Shown here in pieces: positions 8,242 to 17,351 of a stretch of 64,000 bases of DNA. This DNA comes from Deltaproteobacteria bacterium (lineage in GTDB: Bacteria > Myxococcota_A > Polyangia > Fen-1088). The position numbers were made by a program, and so were the translations under genes. Under the pieces are notes generated by a model, which was given only the letters and a program-made list of their open reading frames with translations, had not been told where the DNA came from and searched no databases. The stretch covers positions 96,001-160,000 of the forward strand of contig JANRKS010000032.1 in the NCBI GenBank assembly GCA_033763315.1, written 5' to 3'. Numbering within the stretch: the stretch's first letter is position 1; every line of letters begins with the position of its first letter.

Positions 8242-11139
8242 TCAGTAGTGGTACGAAAGCCCGATGCGCGCAGAACGGCCGTAACGTGAAACGGTGGCAG
8301 AGGGCACTTCGGGTCCCACAGGGAAACCAAACGCGTGGCCTGACACATCCAGCACGTTGAACATGCCGGCAAAGTATTGCAGCCGCTGGCGTGGGAACGA
8401 TCCGGAAAGCGTGATGTTCCAAATCACGGCGTCTTCCACTCGATCGCCTGTGCGTGTGCGGCGCCCTAAATCATAAAGCAGCTCATTGCCTAAACGCGCG
8501 CTGCCGGGCAAAAGCTCGATCAGCGAGCGCAACGCAAACAACTGCGTCGGCGCGTTGACGAACGGCACGTACGCGCCGTTTTCGCGCACGCGCACCTGCT
8601 GGTAAGTGTATGACGCGGTTAAGCGTGTGCCTGTGCCGGGCTCCCAACGCAGCTCTCCGTCACCACCGATCCCCCGCACGGCTGGGCCTTGGTTGCGGTA
8701 CACAAGCAGCCCATCTATGGGGTCGGTTTCCAGGTTGATCAGGTTTTCAATGCGGTTCGCAAATCCCGCGGCCACCACGGACACGTCATCGCTGACTTGA
8801 TGGCGGTGCTCAAGGTCAATGCTTGTGATGATTTCCGGATCCAGCGCCGGCGCGCGCTTTTGCGTCTCGCCGTCGTCATTGTAAAAACGCTCGTAGGTTG
8901 AAGGCGCGCGAAAGGCGCGTCCCGCGGTGACCTTGGTGGTGCCCGCGGCGTAGGGTTGTGCGATCACCGCTAAGCGTGGGTTAATCGATGTGCCGAAGTT
9001 GTTTTGATAGCGATCGACGCGTACGCCGCCATGCAGCCGTAGACCTTTCGTGATCGATAGGTCGTCCAACAAGAAGCCCGACATCACTGTTTCCGTTTGC
9101 GCCCCCGCCTCACTTTGCGCGGCGCTTGAGGGGTCGCCCAAGTGCAACACAAACTGGCGCTGCACCTCACCGCCCACGGTCAGCTCTTGGCGCCACACGC
9201 GCGGTGTGGTCAAGCGCAACTCGCCTGTGACCCAACGTGCACGCAACGCTTCGGAGAACGCGGGATCGGCGTTGGGCGCTGCGGGATCAGGCATGTATAG
9301 ATAGCGGCCCTTGAAGCGCGACTCGTCGTAGGCGCCACGCGCGCTCAACGTATACCCGCGCAGCGGCACATCTGCGCGCAACTCGGCGTAGCCGCGCTGA
9401 TCCTGATACCGCGTGCCCGGCGCCGCTTGGGTGGCGAAGGCCCCCGTGGGTACGTTCTTCGTGCGGTCGTTCCATCCCGCGCGCAGGCTGAAGATCTTCC
9501 ACTGCAACGCCAACGCCGCGTGCGATGCCTTTTCGGCGTCGGCGCGCAACGCTTGTGTGACGCCATCGTCCCAAGCAAAACGTCGATCGCCGTCCACGTT
9601 AAGTCCCGCCGCAGACACCATCACATTTAGATCCTTTGCGGCATACGTGGCCGTTGCCCGGCCTGCGGTGCGCCCCAAGGTTCCCGCTTGGCCATAGGCC
9701 TCGGCGTGTGTGCCCGCCCGCGCTTTGCGCGTGACCACGTTGACCACGCCGAACAAAGCCGCCGATCCATAAAGCGTTGAGGCAGGGCCCCGCACAAGTT
9801 CAATGCGTTCAACGTTTTCAAGGCTGACATCAAGATCGTGACCCACCCAGCCTTGGCCAAGGAGCACGTCGTTCATCGGGTGGCCATCAAGCAGCACCAA
9901 GATGCGGTTTGTGTAGTCGCCGGGCGGCGACAGACCGCGGACGCCAAGCGACTGATAAATGCGATCGTTTGACGAGAAGGCGCCGCGCACACCAGCCAAC
10001 GCATCAGCCACGGTGATCCAGCCAAAGCCCATGATCTCGTCGCGGCTGATCACGGTGATCGAAGCGGGGGCTTGATCCACGCGTGTCTCCGATTTTGTGG
10101 CTGCAGAAACGAACGGATCCACGCGCGCCAGCTTCACATCCAAATACACGCGGCCGCCATCGGTGATTTGCACCGCTTGTGTGAACGTTGTGCGGCCCTC
10201 ATGGCTCACTTCGATGACCCTTGTGCCGGTGGTGACATTCTCAACGACTGTGGGTGCAAAGCCCATTTCTTTGCCATCCACGCGAATCAACGCACCTACA
10301 GGGTTCACTTGCACCACAATCGCGCCTGAAGGGGCGGCTTTGGCCACCAAGGGCACGTCAACCGGCACCACTTCGTCGGGTAGCACTTCGGCCTCGAAAC
10401 GCAAAGGTTCATACCCCGCCGCCGTGGCAAACAGAACCACACGTCCCGGTGCCAGTGTGAGAGCCCCCGCGCCCACGCGAAGCACTTCGCCATCAATCAG
10501 GCCGCGCCGAATCTGCGCCTGGGCTGGCAGACCACGCAACATCAACTGGCCTTGAATGCGTTCGAGTGTGGCCTGGGCGTCGACGCTTTTTCCGCGGCTC
10601 ACCGAAATGGGCATCGATACGGCTCTGTATCCTGGACGCTCAAGGATCAAGGTGGCTTGCCCCTCGGGCAGCGCCAACAGTTTGGGTGTGATTCCCATTG
10701 CGCCCAGATCCTTACGATCGATGTAGATGGTGGCGCCGGGCGGCGAAGACGTCACTGACAACAACGCCAGGTGCGGCCGCAAGCGATCAATTGAGATTTG
10801 GATCTGTGCGCGTTCAGCGTCGGGCAAATCATTCGTCAACAACGCCGACCACGCGCGAAAGGCTTGTTGGTGTTGGCCCAGTTTCTCCAAACAGCGCGCG
10901 ATGTTGAATTGCACGTTGCGGTTCGGCACCAAGCGGTTCGACGTGTAATACGCGGCCACGGCCTCGGTGAAGTTGCCTTGCCTGTAACTGTCGTTGCCGC
11001 GATCAAAATAAAATTGCGCTTCATCGGCGACGTCGGAGGTTTGCGCTTGCGCGGGTGCTGGCGGGCACAGGACTGAGAGCAAAAGTGGCACACAGGCGGC
11101 GGCGCTGTGCCGCCACAGGCAAAACGGCTGTCTCTTCAT
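8242..11139 (-). CDS. TonB-dependent receptor with N-terminal TPR and PEGA domains
   Basis: Signal peptide, TPR-like helices, PEGA repeats (VTSSPPGATIYID, NPVGALIRVDG), plug motifs (APASITVI, RILVLLDGHP, ERIELVRGPASTLYG), barrel with aromatic C-terminus (LSYHY). Confidence 0.9.
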   Translation of the reverse strand: MKRQPFCLWRHSAAACVPLLLSVLCPPAPAQAQTSDVADEAQFYFDRGNDSYRQGNFTEAVAAYYTSNRLVPNRNVQFNIARCLEKLGQHQQAFRAWSALLTNDLPDAERAQIQISIDRLRPHLALLSVTSSPPGATIYIDRKDLGAMGITPKLLALPEGQATLILERPGYRAVSMPISVSRGKSVDAQATLERIQGQLMLRGLPAQAQIRRGLIDGEVLRVGAGALTLAPGRVVLFATAAGYEPLRFEAEVLPDEVVPVDVPLVAKAAPSGAIVVQVNPVGALIRVDGKEMGFAPTVVENVTTGTRVIEVSHEGRTTFTQAVQITDGGRVYLDVKLARVDPFVSAATKSETRVDQAPASITVISRDEIMGFGWITVADALAGVRGAFSSNDRIYQSLGVRGLSPPGDYTNRILVLLDGHPMNDVLLGQGWVGHDLDVSLENVERIELVRGPASTLYGSAALFGVVNVVTRKARAGTHAEAYGQAGTLGRTAGRATATYAAKDLNVMVSAAGLNVDGDRRFAWDDGVTQALRADAEKASHAALALQWKIFSLRAGWNDRTKNVPTGAFATQAAPGTRYQDQRGYAELRADVPLRGYTLSARGAYDESRFKGRYLYMPDPAAPNADPAFSEALRARWVTGELRLTTPRVWRQELTVGGEVQRQFVLHLGDPSSAAQSEAGAQTETVMSGFLLDDLSITKGLRLHGGVRVDRYQNNFGTSINPRLAVIAQPYAAGTTKVTAGRAFRAPSTYERFYNDDGETQKRAPALDPEIITSIDLEHRHQVSDDVSVVAAGFANRIENLINLETDPIDGLLVYRNQGPAVRGIGGDGELRWEPGTGTRLTASYTYQQVRVRENGAYVPFVNAPTQLFALRSLIELLPGSARLGNELLYDLGRRTRTGDRVEDAVIWNITLSGSFPRQRLQYFAGMFNVLDVSGHAFGFPVGPEVPSATVSRYGRSARIGLSYHY

Positions 11140-11170
11140 ATCGATTCCGTCAGGGCAGGTGGGTTTGGAA

Positions 11171-12664
11171 TCAGCGCGCGAACTTGATGTCTTCGTCGGG
11201 AGTCACGATGCGTTTGGGCACAGGCGCTGGCTGCAGAACGTGGGTGGCGGGCAGGCGCCGTGGTCGTGCGGTGGCCACGGGTGGCGCAGGCGGTACGGCC
11301 GAAAGCTGGGCGTTCAGGCGCAGGCCCTCAGATGGCAGCGCTTTGATGCTGGTGGAAACGAAGCCGTGCAACGCAAACACCAAATCCACCGGCGTTTTCG
11401 TGGCCGGCAGCCGCACGGTGGCGGGCGTTGTGGCGATCACGACGCCATCAAGCTGCACCGTTGCGCCGGGCGGCTCGCTGTTTAGTTCCACCTTGACGTC
11501 GTTCACCTCTGGGCTCGCCGGCGAAGGTGGCTTTGGTTCGGCCACGGGTTCGGCGCGTGCGGGTGGGTTCATGGCGGCTTTGGTTGGGCCGCCCGAACTC
11601 CATTTCCAGGCTGCCGTGCCGCCCAATCCTAACAACACGACGCCCGTGATGATCAAGGGCATCGCGCGGCCCGAACGCCGCACAGGCACGGTGATCTGGT
11701 GCATCTCGGCGGCCCGCCCCGACAGCGTGGTGGGCAGGGGGCGCATTTTCGCCGGTGCCGGGGGCGCAGCGCCAGCGCCGAGCAAGGTGCTGCCAACACC
11801 CATCACCCCGACCTGGCCCACGAGTGTTTGTTCGGCGCGCAACGCCTCCACCATTTGCGACATTGTGGCGAATCGCGCGTCCGGATCTTTTTGCAGCGCG
11901 CGCAGCACCAGATCTTGAAGGGAACCGCTGACGCTCGCGTTGAATTGCCGTGGCGGCGTTGGTGGGGCGTTGATGTGCAGATTCACCAACTCGCCCACGC
12001 CTTCAGACACAAACGGCGGCCGGCCGCACAACATCTCATAGACGATGAGGCCCAAGGCGTAGATGTCCACGCGGTGATCGGCTTCGCGCAAGCCGCGGCA
12101 TTGCTCGGGCGACATATACGTGGGCGTGCCCATGAGCGCGCCCGTACGCGTTTTGTGGCTCATGCCGCCGAACGTGTTCTGCAGCTTTGCAATGCCGAAG
12201 TCTAGGATTTTTACCTTCACGCGGCCGTTCGCGGGATCGTCCACCAAGAACAAGTTCTCAGGCTTCAGATCGCGGTGAATCACATTCGCGCGGTGGGCGG
12301 CGGTGAGGCCCTCACCGATCTGGCCCGCGATGTCCAGCGCCTCGGCCATCGTGAGGGGCTGCCGACGCAAACGCTCCGCCAGCGTTTCACCGGACAGATA
12401 CTCCATCGTGATGTAAGGCGCGCCGCCTGTCAGCGTGCCGTAATCATAGATCTCAACGATCGCTGGATGCCGGATGGCGTTGGCCGCGCGCGCTTCGGTA
12501 AAAAAGCGGCTGACCAATTGCGTGTCCGTGCATAGTTCGGGGCGCAGCACTTTGATCGCCGAGCGTCGCTGCAGCCCGGGATGCTCGGCAAGATAGACGT
12601 TGCCCATGCCGCCCTCTCCGAGCAGCGCAGTCACGCGGTAATTGCCAATGGTAGACCCGATCAA
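11171..12664 (-). CDS. Membrane Ser/Thr protein kinase with C-terminal PEGA domain
   Basis: LGEGGMG, AIK, HRDLKPEN, DFG, GTPTYMSPEQ, one TM helix, SEPPGATVQLDG. Confidence 0.95.
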   Translation of the reverse strand: MIGSTIGNYRVTALLGEGGMGNVYLAEHPGLQRRSAIKVLRPELCTDTQLVSRFFTEARAANAIRHPAIVEIYDYGTLTGGAPYITMEYLSGETLAERLRRQPLTMAEALDIAGQIGEGLTAAHRANVIHRDLKPENLFLVDDPANGRVKVKILDFGIAKLQNTFGGMSHKTRTGALMGTPTYMSPEQCRGLREADHRVDIYALGLIVYEMLCGRPPFVSEGVGELVNLHINAPPTPPRQFNASVSGSLQDLVLRALQKDPDARFATMSQMVEALRAEQTLVGQVGVMGVGSTLLGAGAAPPAPAKMRPLPTTLSGRAAEMHQITVPVRRSGRAMPLIITGVVLLGLGGTAAWKWSSGGPTKAAMNPPARAEPVAEPKPPSPASPEVNDVKVELNSEPPGATVQLDGVVIATTPATVRLPATKTPVDLVFALHGFVSTSIKALPSEGLRLNAQLSAVPPAPPVATARPRRLPATHVLQPAPVPKRIVTPDEDIKFAR

Positions 12665-12799
12665 GCCGCTGCATTATCGGGTTGAATTGGTGATGGCGCA
12701 ATTGGTGGACGTGGGCGATGACCCACGCCGCTGCCTTTGCCGTGACGTTGGTCAAGGAATGTGGGCCAAAAACGCATGATTCATGCGATGTCAGCGTCT

Positions 12800-14377
12800 T
12801 CAGGCGCGCAACATGGGCGGAACCTCGCTGGCCTTGTTAACGACGTCGGGCAAGTAGCGCCCCTTGAAAAGATCGCCGACGAAATTGATGCCGTAGCCAG
12901 GGCGGCCGGGCTTTTCCCATTCGTTTTTTGGCACGCCCATAGACTGAAGCACCGTGGCCAACCAACGTTGATGGGTCAGGCCCGAGAACTCTTGAGCGGA
13001 GACACCCGTCAAGGCGTCATTGGCTTTGCGGCGGAAATCGAAGTACTGGCCGGTCTTGAAGAAGCCGCCTGCAGAACCGAAGGTGATGATCGGAATGCTG
13101 ACCGCATAATGCGGTTCGGCGCCGTGCTCGTGGCTCCACATCACCAGTGAGCTATCTAAAACCGTGTTGGTACCGCCCCCCTCCGAAACGTCCAGCGCCG
13201 TCGCTAGCGGGAGTATGCAACGCTCGAATTGGCCTTGGTTGGTCTTTGTGAGCACATCAGCCGCACCGGGGGCGCCTGGCTGGTGTGTGTAGTCATTGTG
13301 GTAGTCGCCATTGATCTGCAAAAATGGTTCGCCCGCGGGTAGGACGACGATGCGTGTGGCATCGCAGGCAAAGGCCGCTGCAATAAGTTCGATCCAAATC
13401 GCATATTTTTGCTGAGCGCGCGTCGGATCACCTTCGTATTCTTGGAACGCGCCGGAGGCATCCTTGGCGTTTTTCTTTGGCGAACAGTTGGCCGAGGTGA
13501 CAGCGGGTGCGGCTTGAATCTTCTTTTGCAACTCAGACAGTCGACCAATGAATTCATCGAGCCGTGTTTTGTCGCCAGCTGACAATCGACGATTGCCGTT
13601 GCGTAACGCTTTGTAGTCCTCAAGGACAACGTCGACCAAAGGTTTGCGTGTACTGGCCGGCGATCCTGGCGTGCTTGGCTTCGGCGTCGTGCCTGTGAAC
13701 AGCTTGTCGAACCAGTACGAGGTGCTTTTGTTCGCGGCCACACGAGACACGGGCCCCGATTTTGTTTGGATATTCTGGTAGTAGAACGAGTAGGGGCCAG
13801 GGGGCACATAGATGCCCCCGTCGATGAAAAATCGTTCTCGGACGGCGGATGGATAAAACGCCGAAGAGTAGGCCATGATCTGATCGATCGTTGGTTGATT
13901 CCCGAACGATTGAATCACTTGGTTGTCAGCTGACCCGCCCCCACCTTGGTTGTTGGCGGCGTAGTTGCCCAGATGACCTCCCGAATGGTGATTGATATCA
14001 AAAGGGATGTCCCAGCCGCGCATGACGTTCATCTTGCTCACCAACCGATCGGTGAGCAGTGATGAAGGAGCTGCCAAGGCTGGTGCCACTGACGCGTTCG
14101 TTCCCGAAACCGATCGCTGAAGCTTTCCCCATGAAACGGAGTGCCCCGGATACAAAACGGCTGACTCTGTCAGCACGCTTGCACCTGGGTAGATGGTGTT
14201 TCGCGGTGTGGTGCCGTAAAGGTGACTTACGAAGACGAATCGCTTGGGACCGGGCGCTGCCACCGCTGCATCCGCTTCTTTGAGTGACAAAAGCGATGGC
14301 AGCAGCGGCAGGCCAAGCGCCACACCACCTGCGCCATGGAGAAGCTTGCGCCTAGAAAACGATGCGTTCTTTGTCAT
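12800..14377 (-). CDS. DUF1552 family protein (Tat-exported), copy 1
   Basis: SRRKLL Tat motif, LGLPLLPSL, PKRFVF, PTIDQ, DKTRLDEF, AFACDATRI, YHNDYTH, TVLDSS. Confidence 0.88.
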   Translation of the reverse strand: MTKNASFSRRKLLHGAGGVALGLPLLPSLLSLKEADAAVAAPGPKRFVFVSHLYGTTPRNTIYPGASVLTESAVLYPGHSVSWGKLQRSVSGTNASVAPALAAPSSLLTDRLVSKMNVMRGWDIPFDINHHSGGHLGNYAANNQGGGGSADNQVIQSFGNQPTIDQIMAYSSAFYPSAVRERFFIDGGIYVPPGPYSFYYQNIQTKSGPVSRVAANKSTSYWFDKLFTGTTPKPSTPGSPASTRKPLVDVVLEDYKALRNGNRRLSAGDKTRLDEFIGRLSELQKKIQAAPAVTSANCSPKKNAKDASGAFQEYEGDPTRAQQKYAIWIELIAAAFACDATRIVVLPAGEPFLQINGDYHNDYTHQPGAPGAADVLTKTNQGQFERCILPLATALDVSEGGGTNTVLDSSLVMWSHEHGAEPHYAVSIPIITFGSAGGFFKTGQYFDFRRKANDALTGVSAQEFSGLTHQRWLATVLQSMGVPKNEWEKPGRPGYGINFVGDLFKGRYLPDVVNKASEVPPMLRA

Positions 14378-14415
14378 GTTGTGCGATCCGTAAGTGAGAG
14401 CGTTGGGCGATGGGT

Positions 14416-16254
14416 TTACTGGAACACGCGCTGCCGGAACTCAGGGTTCATCACGATGGCCCGCCAACCCTTTCGTAGTCCGCCACTGGACGCGAACGCG
14501 GTGCGGATGGATTCGAGCGCACAGCCATCACGCTCTTCGTCTTCGGGGCGCGCCAAAGTGAACCTCAAAGCTTTTCGCGCCAAACATGCGGGAACCTTTC
14601 CGCTGGCCGCCATAGCTTCAGCCAGTTGTGGTAACCCCGCCACCTCATCTGTCTCGTCTTCGACCACATAAGGCGTTGCCCGTGTGTCGATCGCTGTCGT
14701 TGCCAGCGTCTTGCCGGTTTCGAGATCCAAAACCACTTCGTTCGACCGGCTACGCGCCAAAGCGTCGAAGTTTTCGGTCGCAAACCCAAGGCCATTGATC
14801 AGGAACTTGTGACAACCGGCGCACGCGGGAGGGGAAGTCAAAGTCTCAATCTGCTGGCGGATGCTCAGCGTTTTATCAACCTTGTCGGCCCCGTCGCCCG
14901 CGTTGGCAGGCGGAGCAGCAATGACGTCGCACAACAGCTCCCTGCGGATAAATACACCCTTTACAATGGGTCGCGTCTTCGGGGTCCCGCTCGTGAGATG
15001 AAAGGCGAGCCCGAGCAGCCCGATCCGGTTCTCGGGCAACATAACGGGTTCGCCGGATCCTCCCCAGGTGCTGGTTCCGTAGATTTTGGCGAGCGCTGCA
15101 TCTTTAACGAACGAACGCCGGGTCGTCAGCAGATCCGTGGCGCTTCCACCGTTGCGGAACACGTCTGAGACGACATCAACGGCATCTGTGGCGAGGGCTT
15201 CGGCATAGCTTGAAGAAGGAAGATCGCCACCAGCCATCGTTTTGAAGGCGACGTTCTTGTCGAGGCCATTGAACGTGGGCAGTTCATCAAGACGCAGCCA
15301 CTCGTATGTAAATAGGTCGAACGTTTGTTGTGCGCGTGCATCGCCCAGCAGTCGATCCACTTGCTGGGCGTAGCCGGCAGTGGTGAGGATCTGGCCCGAT
15401 TTGGCAGCAGCCCACAGCTCATTGTCGGGAATCGTTTCCCACAGGTGCAGGGAAAGCGCGGAGGCCAATTCAAAGGCACTGAGTTGCCGAATGTTGTTGT
15501 CGCCACCCACTGGATCGGTTCCGTGTTCGACGAACGCGAGAAAGTAGGGCGACAAAATCATTGCGCCGACCACATCAGCCACGCCCGCGGGATCGAATGG
15601 ATCTGTGGCTGCATGAATTGTGCGGAACCGAGCCACCTCCTCGGCGCTTAACGAATGTCGCAACACTCGTTCACCAAACGACGTGATAAAGGCGTCGAGG
15701 CAGGCCGAGTCGTTTTTTGCGTCGCCATCGGTGGCGCAAGCGCCCATAACACTGCCGCGGTTCTCGGGCCGTGCCAGTTCTGCGCCGAGGTTTCTCGCGA
15801 GCCCGTAAAGGACGTCGATCTGACCTTGCTGTGTGGCCTGATCCAGCCGCGTGAAACTGCCGTGCACGTCAATGGGCGTAGGCGGCCGCAGGTCTTTGGG
15901 GATGCTGTCGAGATCGGGGGCGATGGCCTTGATCGCTGTGTTGGCCGCGGCTTCGTTCTTGATCGCCAAACGCAGGAGATCGCGCACGCTGTTGCGCAGC
16001 TGACGCGTGGTTAACTTCTTCAGCACGGCCGGCGGCGGCGAGCTTTGACCACAGGCGAAGCTCACGGCGTTGCCGCCCTGCGAGCCGGTGGAACTTCCTC
16101 CGGGGCCAAACGGGTTCTCCGAATTCCCGCCGGATCCCCCTTCGTCTTGGTTGGCGGCGTCTGGGTGAATTTGACCTGTGCACGCGCCCACCCCAGACGC
16201 CAGAAAGAGGATGCACAGCAACCAGACGCGGCCGAACTTCGCTTGAAACTTCAT
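14416..16254 (-). CDS. DUF1587/1595/1592/1588/1585 (PSCyt-type) heme c lipoprotein, copy 1
   Basis: Lipobox VGAC, LKKLT..QLRNSVRDLL, FGERVLR, ELASALSLHLW..PD, PIVKGVFIRRELLC, CAGCH, GFATENFDAL. Confidence 0.88.
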   Translation of the reverse strand: MKFQAKFGRVWLLCILFLASGVGACTGQIHPDAANQDEGGSGGNSENPFGPGGSSTGSQGGNAVSFACGQSSPPPAVLKKLTTRQLRNSVRDLLRLAIKNEAAANTAIKAIAPDLDSIPKDLRPPTPIDVHGSFTRLDQATQQGQIDVLYGLARNLGAELARPENRGSVMGACATDGDAKNDSACLDAFITSFGERVLRHSLSAEEVARFRTIHAATDPFDPAGVADVVGAMILSPYFLAFVEHGTDPVGGDNNIRQLSAFELASALSLHLWETIPDNELWAAAKSGQILTTAGYAQQVDRLLGDARAQQTFDLFTYEWLRLDELPTFNGLDKNVAFKTMAGGDLPSSSYAEALATDAVDVVSDVFRNGGSATDLLTTRRSFVKDAALAKIYGTSTWGGSGEPVMLPENRIGLLGLAFHLTSGTPKTRPIVKGVFIRRELLCDVIAAPPANAGDGADKVDKTLSIRQQIETLTSPPACAGCHKFLINGLGFATENFDALARSRSNEVVLDLETGKTLATTAIDTRATPYVVEDETDEVAGLPQLAEAMAASGKVPACLARKALRFTLARPEDEERDGCALESIRTAFASSGGLRKGWRAIVMNPEFRQRVFQ

Positions 16255-16463
16255 GGCGATTCCTCTGGGACAAGGCTTGCGAGAGCACGGCGCAGCGGCC
16301 GTACATCTCGAGTTTCAAGTTGTCACACCCCAAAACACCGCGCCCTTGCCGAGCGTTAATCCTTGGCTTAGCCACGTGCTTTGTTCGTGCGCTGCACTTC
16401 GTCCTCAACAAACCTTAACGATCATGAGTTTTGGCTGTCAGTCCGACGCTTCATACCCAAGGG

Positions 16464-17282
16464 GTGAAGAACGCTTTGTGGGCCGTGACTGTTTTGTGCT
16501 GTGCCAGCGCTTCGTGTGCTCCCGTGCCACGTGAGGAATGGGCGTCTATGGGGGGCGAGTCGATCCCAGGGCAGGGCGGCCAGGCCGGCGGCACGCAGCG
16601 TCCTGATGGCGCGGTTGTGCGAATGGACGCAGGCACCACGCCCCCTGATGGTCCTTCATCGACGCCAGCTGATGCGGCGCCGATTGGCGATCAGACGGAC
16701 ACACGCCCTGACGGCAAGACTTCACCTGACGCCAAGGCGGTCAAGGATGCGTCTTTACCTATTGATGCGCCGGCAGAACCTATGACGCCACTGTTGACGG
16801 CGTGGGGATTCGAAACCTCAACGCATCTGTGGATGGACTATGGCAGTCGGCTTGGAGCAAACGATACGCCGAGGATGCCTGTCACGATCTCGAAAGAGCA
16901 GAGCCATCAGGGTGCGTCGTCGCTCAAGTACACGATCTCGACGAGGGGAGGCGATGATCAACGTTACGTCGCGATCAAAGATCCGCGGTTGCCGCTTCAC
17001 ATGTTCAGCACGGCTGTGGTGAATATGTGGGTGCCTGCCGATCACAAGTTGCGACTGGTTCAAGTATTCGTGGAGGGCCAAACGATCCCTTGGCTTTCCG
17101 TCAACAACTTCATGAACGAGACCGGCCTGGTTGCGGGTGGCTGGAGCAAGTTCACGTTGCCCATACCCGAGGCATACAAAGACAAAAGCAATAAGGTGGC
17201 CGCGTTAGGAATCGAGTTCTGGACCGATGGCCCCTGGACGGGCTCCGTGTTCATCGACGACGTGCTGTTGCAAGGTGAATGA
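16464..17282 (+). CDS. Putative lipoprotein with low-complexity linker and C-terminal galactose-binding/CBM-like jelly-roll domain
   Basis: Cys-containing signal peptide, Gly/Pro/Asp linker, WGFE...G..SLK...GWSKFTL...VFIDDV pattern. Confidence 0.65.
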   Translation: MKNALWAVTVLCCASASCAPVPREEWASMGGESIPGQGGQAGGTQRPDGAVVRMDAGTTPPDGPSSTPADAAPIGDQTDTRPDGKTSPDAKAVKDASLPIDAPAEPMTPLLTAWGFETSTHLWMDYGSRLGANDTPRMPVTISKEQSHQGASSLKYTISTRGGDDQRYVAIKDPRLPLHMFSTAVVNMWVPADHKLRLVQVFVEGQTIPWLSVNNFMNETGLVAGGWSKFTLPIPEAYKDKSNKVAALGIEFWTDGPWTGSVFIDDVLLQGE

Positions 17283-17299
17283 GCCGGACCGCAATGAGA

Positions 17300-17329
17300 A
17301 AGGCCGCGCTGGGTTAGCAGCGCGGCCTT
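17300..17329. terminator. Putative bidirectional terminator hairpin
   Basis: Perfect 12-bp inverted repeat AAGGCCGCGCTG-ggttag-CAGCGCGGCCTT between convergent genes. Confidence 0.65.
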
Positions 17330-17351
17330 CGATCTCGCAATGGCGACTAGC

